Source: Catajapyx aquilonaris
Lineage: Eukaryota
Direction: 5' to 3'
Assembly (NCBI GenBank): GCA_000934665.2
Contig: KZ539079.1
Span: 1-34,194 of the forward strand
Length of the DNA stretch: 34,194 nucleotides
Part shown: positions 1 through 11,349 of the stretch, one piece after another
How the letters are laid out: each line of letters opens with the position of its first letter
Position numbering within the stretch: the stretch's first letter is position 1
The notes under the pieces: generated by a model
Told to the model about the DNA's origin: nothing
The model's database searches: none
Seen by the model: the letters and a program-made list of their open reading frames with translations, nothing else
Made by a program: the position numbers and the translations under genes

Positions 1-100
1 ACCCGGGGTAAGTGCACATATTGTGCCGCCATTTTCATTCCAATATGGCGGCACAATGTGTGCACTTACCCCGGGTGTGCACTTCCCCCACTTCACCTTA
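1..100. mobile_element. Short palindromic MITE, truncated by window start
   Basis: Inverted repeat 1-32/45-76 (1 mismatch), repeated GGGG(T/G)AAGTGCACA subunit, terminus ...CCCCACTTCACCT followed by TA. Confidence 0.6.
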
Positions 101-165
101 TACCGTATATCATAGTTGCTACCGACACCTTTTGTTGCGTTTTCATTATTTTGCAGATATTAAAT

Positions 166-310
166 ACTTATGAACTTATTACTTATGACTTATGACTTAT
201 GAATGACTTACGAAACTTATGAATGTCCAAAAAATTGCTGCGTAACTTACTTGTGATAAAAATTTTTATCACAAGTAAGTTACGCGGCAATGTTTTGGAC
301 ATTCATAAGT
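166..310. repeat. ACTTAYG tandem heptamers running into a 96-bp zero-loop palindrome
   Basis: About 7 ACTTA(T/C)G-like units at 166-221. Palindrome 215-310 is centred at 262/263 (GATAAAAA|TTTTTATC) with few mismatches. Confidence 0.9.
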
Positions 311-1065
311 CCTTAAGTTAATTTGTACCAGATATTTATAATGGATCCGGCATGATTAGATGTAAATGACTGGAATAATATCTACACTTAGCTAAAATAT
401 TACCCCTAAAAGTCATGAATATTAACCTGAATTTCCCCCACTCTTGTATAGTTGTATGTGTATCTACCCAAAAGTAAATTCTAAATTCTTGGACTATTAT
501 CCTCAGTGATAACCTGTCACTTTAGTGTACCACACTTATTATTTTGTCATATAGGCCTAATTTGTTTAGATGACATGTAGAAGAGAGATGATATCTGCTG
601 TCTGGTGCACATCATAATTCAATGACCTTATTATCTAAGATGCGTAATTCACGTCATGCACGAACAACTCTAATTCGAATATGAGGGGCGAATTTTTTGT
701 TCACAAAGTGATGTGGTTGAGATTAGTTGGAAATAGGCAATCTGATGTGACCTTTTAAACTGCAGTGTACAAGGGAGCTGGAGGGAGACGCTTCACAGCA
801 ATTAATAATTTTTATAAAGGATGATGAAAAGGTCATGAAAATATAAAATGCATCAGTGATCAATAATAAAATAATAAAAGCATATTAAATATTGTAGTAA
901 AATAATAAATTAGCAAAAGTACAAGAGTTTAAATAATTTTATTATTAGGCCTAAGTCTACTGTCATATGTATAAAAAATATGCTGTAGTGTTATGCGACT
1001 ATCAATTAGGAAGAAACGTGAACAACAGGGACAGGTGTAAACTAAGCCTAAATGGTTCTTCATAC

Positions 1066-3132
1066 CCAGTGATCTTCGTTGAAAGTTCCTGAGATAACAG
1101 CTGGACCAAATGCTCTAGCTGGGTTCATAGCTGATCCGGTATAGTTAACCTGCAAAATGCAGATTTGCTATAAAAGTTCTTGTTTGTTAAATCATATTTG
1201 AACACACCGCTAATAGATGACCCGCTGTGATGGTCAGTCCGACGGCCAGACCTGCGGAGCCTTGGAGATCTGTCCTGTTTTCATCAGTTACGCCACACAC
1301 GACCAGAACTAAGACAAAAGTAATAAAAAGCTCCACCCCGAATCCTTGTCCCATGCTTAAGCCTGCTCCTAACTGTGGCGTTCCCAAGGTGCCTCTGGCT
1401 CCATCAGGTGTCAGACCCTGTAACAGGAATAAGCAGGTGATTATTAATTAGTCGCTGAAATGTCAAGGAGCAGTGCGCATTTTTGCAGGACTTTACTCTT
1501 TGGCGTTATGGTCACAATGCCAATTCTCTGTTGCTCTATTTTATTTCAAAAAAGATATTCAGTAAATAAACTACTGAAGTTCAGAATGAAACGTACAGTA
1601 CATGTAAAAAGGCATATATAGGCTTACAGTATAAAAATGAGACAGTGCAGACCCCAATATGAAACAGTGGATGAAATTGGCCACCTGCGCAGTAGAAGGC
1701 TGATTTCTTGCCTATATAATAGTGTCACAGAGGTGACTTCATACGATCGCAAGCTCAGAAAAAATGAACCTCTTGCCTCTCCAGGAACATCACACTATAT
1801 ATGTGCAGCCCTAAACCTTTTGCTTTTAATGACACAGATCGTACTGTTAGGTAAATGTATAATAGTCCTATACTGTACAGACAGTCTCCGACCTAAGTTA
1901 CCTAACGTAGATTCGGACTTACGTAAAAAATTCAGATGAGAGTAAAAAAATACAGACTGGTAACGAAAAATGCCACAAATTGCCATAAAACACGTAAAAT
2001 AATTTTGGGCTTGTGGCAACTCGTACTGTACCTGCCCTCCGAGACTCATTCCCTGACTCAGTTTACACGTGACAGACATTTGCGGCCCGCTTCTGGGCCT
2101 CGAGGGGAATCCCTTCCTGCTCGTAATGGTCTCAATTGAACACGACAGTGACTCCAGCAGTATCGATGTATAAGGTACACTACAATATACTCTATTAATA
2201 AGAAAAAGGTTCCGGGTTGCTTAAAGTTCAATTGACGTAAAATGTTGCGGAACTTACTATACCTATATTGAGACTCTTATATTCAAGAAAAATAATTATG
2301 CATAGCTCAATATTTACTGCGCCAAATTCTGCAACAAGAGGTAATCCCCTGAGTCTATATGACAATGTGGCATACCATGGATATGCGGTACTCTACAAAT
2401 ATAAACTCAAATGGGTCAAATCTCACCTGCAAGATGGCAGCGCCAACAATGGCACCCACGATCTGGACGACCACGTAAAGTGCTGCCTTGATAACTCCGA
2501 CTTTCCCCATTACCAGCAAGCCCAGTGTAACTGAAGGATTTACATGGCAGCCGCTCACGTGACCAATTGCCTGCATTCGGAGAAAATATTTAGGCAAGTG
2601 CCTATGTACGCTCGTAATACCGGGCATACAAATACAACTGAACGTATAGAAGTTACAGTATGTCCAATGAATTTTCATTACTAATACTCGTTACATTTCA
2701 AAGGCTTTTTCACATCAAGGAATTTATTGCATGCTGTAAAACTATAGTAGCCTACTGTACTAAAATGGATAGGTCTGTAATTTCACAGGGTAGGACATAA
2801 TTATCCTACATTGACTTCATGTGGCCATTAATTTGGACAGTGTGAAAAAGGACTGTTACCTGTGCCAACGAAGCCACAATCAATCCAAAGGCCAGCGCAA
2901 TTTGCACTGTTTGGGCCACGGACAAAAGACGCTTTGAAGACGACACATTAGCGAAATCTTCTGTTGCTAACCCAACAGCCAAGACACTTCCACATCCTAC
3001 AAGGACCAGGATACAGGTAGCCAGAAATTCGGCCACCAATGCCCGGAACATGTCCCGGTTTAAAATAGCCTCTGAGATGGAAGTTGGTGAGTTCGGCGCT
3101 GAGTTCATTACAGTGCCCTGAAACGAGGCCAT
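1066..3132 (-). CDS. Aquaporin (MIP family, orthodox/AQP4-like grade), multi-exon, 3'-partial in window
   Basis: Exons 2860-3132 (or from acceptor 3117), 2427-2570, 1208-1417 and 1066-1149 all have GT/AG ends and phase 0. They splice to ...RALVAEFLAT...ALAFGL...IGHVSGCHVNPSVT...GFGVELFITFVLV...TDENR...GHLLAVNYTGSAMNPARAFGPAV...DHW. These are the MIP motifs AEF, SG-H-NP(A/S) and NPAR. The TM6 exon was not found in 1-1065. Confidence 0.96.
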
Positions 3133-3915
3133 AAGGCATATTGTAATATGTGAACGGCACTAAAAATTTAAATAAGATAAAATTATTACATCGGCATGCA
3201 ATATTATACAGTGAAGCTCAGAAGAACGATTTACTCGACGTAAATCGTGCCTACGTCATCGCCACCTGTATCGATTTACCTGCAACCATTACCGTTTATT
3301 ATTTCTGTAAACTTAGGCCTTACCACAGGCCCTCTATAGCATAGGTCAGTAAGCCGCAAAACCCGTGTAATAAGCCGGATTTCACTTGGAAAATCGATGC
3401 CGAAGGTCACATATAGGTCTACTGTGGAAGTTTATTACGAGCATAACTAAATCAACAATTTTCTTAATAAGTTAATATATGTTACGAATCGTCTGTCTGA
3501 CTCAAAATCATCGTGGATTTCCTAATCAAAATTGCTATTATTATTTTCTGTAATATATTTTGGGTTCATTACGGAGACAATTGCATGGCAATTTTAGTTT
3601 TATCTTACACGTTAATAACAAAGGTCATCCTGCGTGTTATTATACCCCTCCCACACACTACAGTAGCCTACTGTATGGCTCGCCTGACGCAGAATAATTA
3701 TTTGTCGTAACAAATTAGCACATCATTACTTCCGTAATGGTACCAAAATAGGAAAAATTAACTAGGAAAATTTTGTATTAGAAATTCGCAAAGAGACAGT
3801 GTGCACATTTTGCACCCCACTGTCTAATATGAAAAAAGTTATTTATATAACATACTGTGAAAAATATCCAGGCACAATTTAATAAAATAATAGTGCACAA
3901 AATTACTATTAAGCA

Positions 3916-3920
<5 letters not shown>

Positions 3921-3982
<62 letters not shown>
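3921..3982. repeat. (TAA)20 microsatellite
   Basis: Perfect trinucleotide run; source of the poly-Ile ORFs. Confidence 0.98.
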
Positions 3983-3984
<2 letters not shown>

Positions 3985-6968
3985 GACAATTACTGATGAG
4001 GGTCCACATGTGGCAAACTCATTAAAAACACCGTCACTTTTCCCCAATTGTTGGAGCTGCGCAAAAGCAAGTCTAATCCGATCTTCAGCTAGCACTCGAC
4101 TGAATTCCGAGCAAACCCCGCCTCGTATAAGTTAAAAGCTTCCGTGCGTTCTGCCATCCGAAATAGGAGGTCCAACTAATCACTCTCTCATGCTCCATGG
4201 GGAACCCGTCATGCATATTTACCCTCCAAAAATCTGAGCTACAATCAATCATATAGGGTGAGACAGACCTTGTGCAGACTTGACCTACCTCAAAGGCAGA
4301 ACAGATAATACTACAGTACACCGGGGGTTAAGAGCTGCAATACATTTAATGTCCTTGCACCTGTCGCTCGGATATCGAATTTCCAATTGCGGTAGTCCCA
4401 CACTTGGGGGTTGTATCATTGATATAATCAAAGGTGTACGAAAATGGCACTGCAGTGTGTCGTACAGAGTGCATCGAAGACACCAGTACAGTATCCTGTC
4501 GATGAGCATTCCCATGACTATACAGTCGAAGGTCTTCTTCTATAAGGTCGGGAGTCAAAAACATAGGACAATAGCCAAAAATAAATAAAAATACATTGCA
4601 TATATGGAAGAGTCACGATGTCCAATAATTTCAAATGAATGCATGCAAAAGCTGAGCAATAGAAATGTATTAGCAATGTAAGACAATGATCATTATGACT
4701 GCATAACGTGGCAGAAACTTGCATTACTCTCTGCCTCCTGAAGCAATAAAGCCTTCGAAATTGAACCCTTTTAGTGTCGTGTTTCTACGATTTCAATCCA
4801 AATTTTGTGCTGTCACGCGATCGGCGCTCGATCCGGCGTAACTTTATTCTGCACAGATCACGCCGGGCTCGCTTTTAAACTTTACCGCTCTTTATAATTA
4901 GACCTATGTTCTGTGATTCATTGTTGCCTGCGACATGACACGGTCACCAAAATAACACTCAAAAGGCCTTGTCCTATACAGGACAATGTGTGCGGGCTGA
5001 CCGGTATTGTGATTACAACTAAGGAAGTGATAGCATCGTAGGAGGGTGACGTTGGCCCCGAAGCGAAGCATGGAAAAACACGCAAATTTGTAGTTTATTA
5101 ATAATTAATAGTATCCTTATCTTAACCTTGAATCAAGGCGGAACCACTAATAAAACTAGGTAAATATGTACAGTAAGCTCTACAATGAAATATAATGATT
5201 ATCTGGAAAATAGGATTTCAGATTTTACACGTTAACACTAAGTGAAATATTGTATGCTATTAAAGAATGTACTACAGACCTGCATTATACCAGTATAACA
5301 TTTGGATAAAATCATTGATTAGCATTGTGCTCAATTTATTCAAGGTACTTCAATGCAAACAGACATGCTAACGAATGTAAAATAAATGATTTGCTTAATG
5401 AGGTATATTTGACGACTGGAATGTATCCGCTAACCTGAAAGCAAACCCTGATCCTATTGTTTCTCCTAACCTCCCTTACTCCATACTCAATCACCCGTTG
5501 TGCCCCACCCTCTTCCCCCATGAAACATACCTGCCACAAGCCACCGCCCTACTGTCATACCCCCCTTTCAATAACGTCCTTATATCAGGTTCCATTTTTG
5601 CGCAGGTCTTCCACCTCATCCATCACAAGTATAGGCATGTATGGATATAAAAAAAATATATATCAAAATTCACCATGCTATTTGAAGTGGCTCGCCCATA
5701 TCCACGTGACCGTAAAGTTCTTTTGTGCATTTCAGACAAGGTTCACAGCCCCTTTGGGAGACCATCTCCAATGAATGTTTTAGCGGTGATCGAACCAGGC
5801 TCATTTTTTCCACCTCAATTTGGTTGACAAACCATGCATTACAGCCCTGATTATACATTCATTCCAATCCACTTTACAATGCATATTGCGTCATAAAACT
5901 TACTCTACTGCATTATTAGTGTGCCATTACAGTGCCTCTCTCAACGCATCCAATATTTCGCATCGAATTTACAAGCTACCTGGTTGCACAATAGCTAAGG
6001 CTTCTACTTGAATTTATAGCTCTAGCTGGCGTTTGGAGTGGGTGGGCTTTGGCACGGACGTGTGGATTGAAGTAAACAGGCTTGCATGTGTGCGTTCAAA
6101 AGGAGGGGTACTGTCGCATCAAAGATGCATTGTTAGTGGCGTAGCGGTCCTCGTTACCAACAGTTTGGAAAGCAATTAAAATTTAATGGAGAATGTTTGT
6201 CATTTAGTGACCTTGTACAGTGAACCAAATGAAGACCTTCATTATTATGAGGGACACGAATTGGTGGAGGGGGGGGGGGGGTTTCTATGGGACTTTGATA
6301 TTTTGGGGGGTTATGCAACGGGAAGTGACGTTGGTACTGCTTTTTGAGGGGGTATGGGTATTATTATAGTAGGCCGGATATTAAGTTGATTTCATTTCCA
6401 AAAATAGACGTTTTATGAATTCGCAGAATTCGACTTACATAAATGTGTTCATAACAATATGCGTAGCATGTACTGTTGCATATCCCTTTCTATAAAAATG
6501 ATTTACGCTGATAAGATGAAACCGGATGTAACTCTTTTGTGCTGTCACGTTCCATGGTGGTACAATGCAACAAATATTCCGGTTTTAAAGCTGAGTTCAA
6601 GTATCCATGAAGTATTAGGTTATTTGTATCATTTCAAAATAACAGCCTACTGCCCTACTCTCTTGTGGGCCAAAAAAAAATCAATGGCCTACTGCTACTT
6701 ATTTCTTTCCCACATATCGGCCATGTGTCTAAATGACATCAAAACAACGCATCATGAGGGACACATTTCCGAAGTAAGTCGATGATTGGCCATGGAATGG
6801 GGCCATTATAAGGCGCGTGGATGTTTCTAGGAGCAATTTCAGGACGGAAAATCTAGGCCCTTTAGAGAAGGAGGCGTGACAATGTTCTTGACACGATTAA
6901 ATATGGCGTCCACAAATTTATAGGCCCACCAGTAGGTTAATATTTTCTGAAAATCAGTTAAATAAGCC

Positions 6969-7022
6969 GAATTTTTCTAAGCCTTTACTAAGGTATACCT
7001 TAGTAAAGGCTTAGAAAAATTC
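6969..7022. repeat. Perfect 54-bp zero-loop palindrome
   Basis: GAATTTTTCTAAGCCTTTACTAAGGTA|TACCTTAGTAAAGGCTTAGAAAAATTC. Confidence 0.95.
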
Positions 7023-7303
7023 AGCAGTTATAACCACTAACCAGTTTTGTGAATTGTGATACTTACGTACTCTGTCAGTTCAGCAACGACAAGGTTGTGG
7101 TGTGGGCTAGACTTGCAGTTAGTGACATTTCGTGTTACTGTATATGAGCTAAGGTAATAAATACGTATTACTAATAAACTAAGTCTTAAAATATAATAGT
7201 TGTTTTAGTCAGACTTTTCTTGCAAATATCTGCACTGTGGCCATGCAGTTATCTCATTAATTCACTCCAGCATATATCAAATGCCATATAGACTTATTGC
7301 ATC

Positions 7304-7646
7304 TTATTTTATTTTACCCCCATTGCATTGAGAGGTCAGCGCTCTTTTAGGGGGATGGAACACCACCATATTTTCCATTCTTGAAATTTTCTTCAACTCC
7401 GTGCAGGGAAGAAAGGACATGGGGTAGGGATGGAGATTTTTTTGGGGGGGAGGAGACACGGGTGCTGGTGCAACGTCTGAAATTGGGTCTCCCTGGACGC
7501 CTGGAGGTTAGGTTGACAGACGCCTCTCAAGGTGCAGGTCAGAGACCCTCCTAATGCAGGAGAAAGGGAACTCCCGGGCGGGGATCGAACCCGGGACCTT
7601 CCGCTCATCAAGCCGAGTCGTTACCAACTCGGCCACCACGCCTTCC
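7304..7646 (-). mobile_element. tRNA-derived SINE, family A, tail type X
   Basis: A box TGGCCGAGTTGG, B box GGTTCGATCC, core shared with the copies at 31644 and 32247 (GGGTCTCTGACCTGCACC...CAACCTAACCTCC), (TAAAA)n end, degenerate TSD ATA..GACTTATTG. Confidence 0.88.
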
Positions 7647-8126
7647 ATACCGACTTATTGTACTTTACGTGTAAACAAAACTCAAAGGCGGGCTGAAGGA
7701 CGACCCGCTCTTCTGTATGATAGTAATAGGGATCAATTGATTTGTTTATTAAGCCATTGCGATCGATGGTAGCATGTATACAGTAAGCATTATAATGCAT
7801 TTAGTGCATCCATTGTGAAATTGGCATTTTGGAGTGAAGGGCGCAGGTGAGGCCCACACTACTCACTTGTGAGGAACTAATCCATCACTTTGATGGGCAA
7901 GAAAGTACACAGTTTACAACTTGAAAACTTTCAAGTCCTCCAGAAATGTCACAGCCTGTAAAAGTTCAAAGTTGAACATTTAAGCCATCGTCGTATTTTT
8001 TGTGGGCCAAGCATAATTATGTAATGCACTATGATTATGATCTTTTATATTTTAAGAAGGAGCCACTGACATAAGATTTCGCTGATAAATCTGCTCTACT
8101 TTCATCGACACACAATAATAATAATG

Positions 8127-8458
8127 GGTATAGTGCCATACCTCATCTGAGGTTACGCACGGACCTTTATTTGTCAAGATAGTACAATCATTTAGTTTTG
8201 ACACCGTAGAATGGCCCTTGGTCCAAGGGCAGGGTGACTGGGAGGGGATGTGCAGTGTGCAAGTGCAATGTCGTAGCTATGGTCATTTTGTGAGCTCCCC
8301 CGGGTGGTTCGTCTGTCGGACATCCCACCCTAGACGAAGCCGGAGATGACCCCGAACTCCGCACGAGATGAAAGGGGGGAAAGCCCGGGCTTGGGATCGA
8401 ACCCGGGACCCTTCCATCCGTGGGCGCGTGCGTTACCGCAGCGCCACTCCGCCTTCCC
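8127..8458 (-). mobile_element. tRNA-derived SINE, family B, tail type Y
   Basis: A box TGGCGCTGCGG, B box GGTTCGATCCC, perfect 18-bp flanking direct repeat CACACAATAATAATAATG (8109-8126 and 8459-8476). Confidence 0.9.
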
Positions 8459-9467
8459 CACACAATAATAATAATGAAAAGTGCATAATTATATGGTTCC
8501 AGTTCAAGTTACCCTCCTCGTACGGTGCCGTGACTGTCGTCTGCCTTTGGTGAGTTTCCCTGGTCCATAGTTGCTCGGTCGTGATTACTTTGGTACGGAA
8601 GCTAGTGTATAAGGCCCTTCGGTGCCAGAACGCCTGATCTCAGCGAACCAACAAGGTTCGCTGAGGACGGAAACCACATTTCCCATTACCTCCATTGTTT
8701 TCTTGAATTACTGTATCAGTTTTTCAGCAAAATAACTTTCATGCAAAATTAATCTGCAAATTTATAGACTACAGGTCATTTCGGGCTATTAGGAACACAA
8801 AATGGAAGTTGCACAACAATTTATACATAATTATACATAGTCTACAACATTATAATGGGTGATGATTACTCAAGAAACAGGAAGGCAAATGAGGCCTAGT
8901 TGTCATTTCTTAAATTACCCATTATATACACCTCCATTCGTATAACATTTATATTTATTTTTTGTAGACCTACTGTATTTTTAGACACAAGCATCCGGAA
9001 ATATTTGTCCTACTATCTGCTCTGCTGGTGTGCGTTCCCGTTGTTCATTAGTCACGCAATAAGCGTCGGATTATCGATGTGCCATTGCTGAATACTAGGG
9101 TGATATGCCGGAATTGTTCCGGTTACAGGCTAAGGAATTGATTCGCGAAGTGAGTTCTTGGAAATTTGGCCTGTAAGGGGTCATGAAGTAGGAAAGGAGG
9201 TCATAATCACGGAGAAAGGGGTCAAATGAGTTCAATAGATCTTCATAAATGCTTCGAATGCATGTCTTCATAGCAACATTTTTTTCCACGATATTTGCAA
9301 AAGAAGCCTTGGAAGGGGAGGTGCCACTAGTTACTGGGAAAAAATATTATTTATATGGGCATGTACCGTACAATATTGTCACTAAAATCAGGGCTCTTGT
9401 GGATTCCAGAAAAATGACTTAGATGATTTGTGTCACTTTAAGAAAACATATGGAAAAAAAATAATTG

Positions 9468-9553
9468 GTGCTCGGGATCCAGCAAGGGACCCTTCCATCC
9501 GAGGGCGCGTATACTGTACAGTACTGTACGTTTCCGTAGAGCTACTCCACCTC
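9468..9553 (-). mobile_element. Decayed head fragment of SINE family B with a 17-bp footprint-like insertion
   Basis: Aligns to 8395-8455 (GGGACCCTTCCATCCG.GGGCGCGT...CTCC.CCT) except for the insert TACTGTACAGTACTGTA at 9512-9528. Confidence 0.75.
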
Positions 9554-9935
9554 TATCTATTCCCTATTGTCTCATCGTGTAGTCAGTGGTAGTGCATAAT
9601 TATAGATCGCCTCAGGTCTCATGGTCACACGAACACTCCAATCCAGAACAAGTCCATTTTATATACAATGTACAGGATGGTGCACTGCCAAAGTCTAGAA
9701 TCCAAGAGAAGGGAGTGTGGGAAGGGTATGGATTGCCACAATAGATAAGAAGACCAATTGTCAGGGTCAGGGTCATATTCATCTGTCGTGTTGTTGCTTC
9801 TTTTTACACTGGTTCATAGGGTATAGTACTGTATTAGTAATTATATATTTAGTCTTTCCCCCTTTCCTTCCTCTTGGGCTGTTGATTTGGGTAGTGCACA
9901 CCATCCGGTAATATTTTAGCAGTCATCGTATAAAG

Positions 9936-10202
9936 TAGCGGTCTTCAACCATTTCCTTGTTACGCAAACCTTTTGCTTTCTGAAAGGTTTGCCGAAACTT
10001 GCTATAATAATGTCCCGTGATACCATTTTTATTAGCACCTAATAACAGAAGGGTATTCTCCTCTAATTTCATACACGCATATGTCAAACTTTCTTTTTGG
10101 CTCAGAATAATGGGCTAATATAGCCCAGCCACACTTTAATTATCTTCGCGGAACCCTTCGGACAAACCCATGGAACCCTGATGGGATTCCTCGGAACACT
10201 GA
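9936..10202. mobile_element. Decayed hAT-like non-autonomous element
   Basis: Left end (T)AGCGGTCTTCAACC and subterminal GGAACCC/GGAACAC repeats resemble hAT/Charlie MITE ends; the right TIR is not intact. Confidence 0.35.
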
Positions 10203-10394
10203 TGGTATATTGAGGCAGTGGCGTGAAGTATGGGAAACAAAGGACAGAGGGTTTGAGGGGCAGGAGACGAAGAGGCATATTGGAATAATTTCCCCGAAGA
10301 TAATCTAATTAAATTGCTCGGACAGTGAAACACAATAATTAATAATTTGGTATGCATGGGGTATACAAATTCATCTGCCAAAATGATAAGGATG

Positions 10395-10690
10395 GTATGG
10401 GTACGTATGGAAGAACATGGGTCCGAAAGCCCGGCGACGACGTTGACGTCTACGATGTCTATCCTGACAAGTATGGAAACCCCTTGCATGCCTGCATTGC
10501 GGGTTGCTGGAACCCGGGGCTCGCACTCTCAGACCGTTGCACAACGGTCCAGGCCCTGCAACCAGCGATGAAAGTATGTACGGCGTACGGGAGTATCCAT
10601 ATTTGTAAGGATAGACATCGTCGACGTCGACGTCGTCGCCGGACTTTCGGACCAATGTTTTACTGCAATGTATCAAGTACACCCATAGAC
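10395..10690. mobile_element. CpG-rich imperfect foldback (probable MITE)
   Basis: Inverted arms 10414-10483/10589-10659, inner arms about 10493-10513/10552-10572, central hairpin GACCGTTG-CA-CAACGGTC. Confidence 0.7.
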
Positions 10691-11062
10691 GTGACTACTG
10701 TACAATAATATCGATGCATATTGGAAGCAGCATTCATCACAATACGTATACTGTATTGGCCTGCTGGATTCTTCCTCATGGAAACAACAAGGAGAATTGT
10801 GCAACCATAGTTCAAGGCCAAAACCAGATAATAATACCACCTCACATTTTCACTCCAACATATAACGCCTGAACACGCTTCCAGTATATGCTGCCAACAC
10901 AGTCATGCAGTAATGATATCAGACGAAAGCTGGTTGCGATGAACTAAATATACATCTTTCAACATGCGATCCCACCTCTACATTATCGTGTGCGATTTGA
11001 TTCGAAGGTTGAGCATTTCTTCAGCATAATCGATGATTTCTGTGTAAAGAGCAAACACTTAC

Positions 11063-11230
11063 CGTCAACTTGACTGGCGCCCAGAAGTTGGACATCCTGG
11101 AGGGAGGTGGGGCCCCTGGGGTCAAGGGCTCCACTGATGGTCTTCTTGAGGGCCATGACCTGCTCTCAGCTGTTTCCATGTACGATCGGAAATCGCCAAG
11201 GTAGAAATACGATTCTGGTTCCCCACTCAT
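11063..11230 (-). CDS. Candidate upstream first coding exon of the aquaporin (56 aa, Pro/Ser-rich)
   Basis: ATG at 11230, consensus donor ACG|GTAAGT at 11062 (phase 0) and TATATAG at 11343-11349 upstream. It joins in frame to the phase-0 acceptors at 3117 (TTTCAG) or 3159 (TTTTAG). There is no homology evidence. Confidence 0.45.
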
Positions 11231-11342
11231 GCGATGTCTGTTTCTTGCATTGTTGTGACACCTGCAAGGTCAATAACGTTGAGGTGTTCATGTGGAGTAA
11301 GCGTGCTTGACCAGCTTGGATATGCGTGCTTTTTTGTTGGTT

Positions 11343-11349
11343 CTATATA
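11343..11349 (-). promoter_or_regulatory. Possible TATA box for the candidate aquaporin first exon
   Basis: TATATAG about 115 nt upstream of the ATG at 11230; motif only. Confidence 0.25.

Noticed and set aside
3993..4030. Hammerhead ribozyme core (CTGATGA...)
   Set aside because: No GAAA at the required position (CAAA instead) and no convincing stems I/III.
3778..4135. Poly-Ile ORFs
   Set aside because: Translations of the (TAA)n microsatellite.
7570..7646. tRNA genes (also 8385-8458, 31644-31720, 32170-32247)
   Set aside because: A/B boxes are present, but acceptor/anticodon stems are not intact and the sequences continue into SINE bodies with TSDs.
8602..8668. Helitron-like 3' end (hairpin plus CTAG on minus) and adjacent 11-bp-stem hairpin
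   Set aside because: CTAG is not followed by T and no 5' TC end was identifiable; too weak to call.
9095..9335. Possible terminal exon or ORF1 fragment (PSKASFANIVEKN...) on minus
   Set aside because: The acceptor phase is incompatible with the 11063 donor (immediate TAA) and there is no recognisable homology.
10352..10708. ORFs with DDVDV and poly-Arg on both strands
   Set aside because: Artefact of the GAC/GTC-rich inverted repeat.
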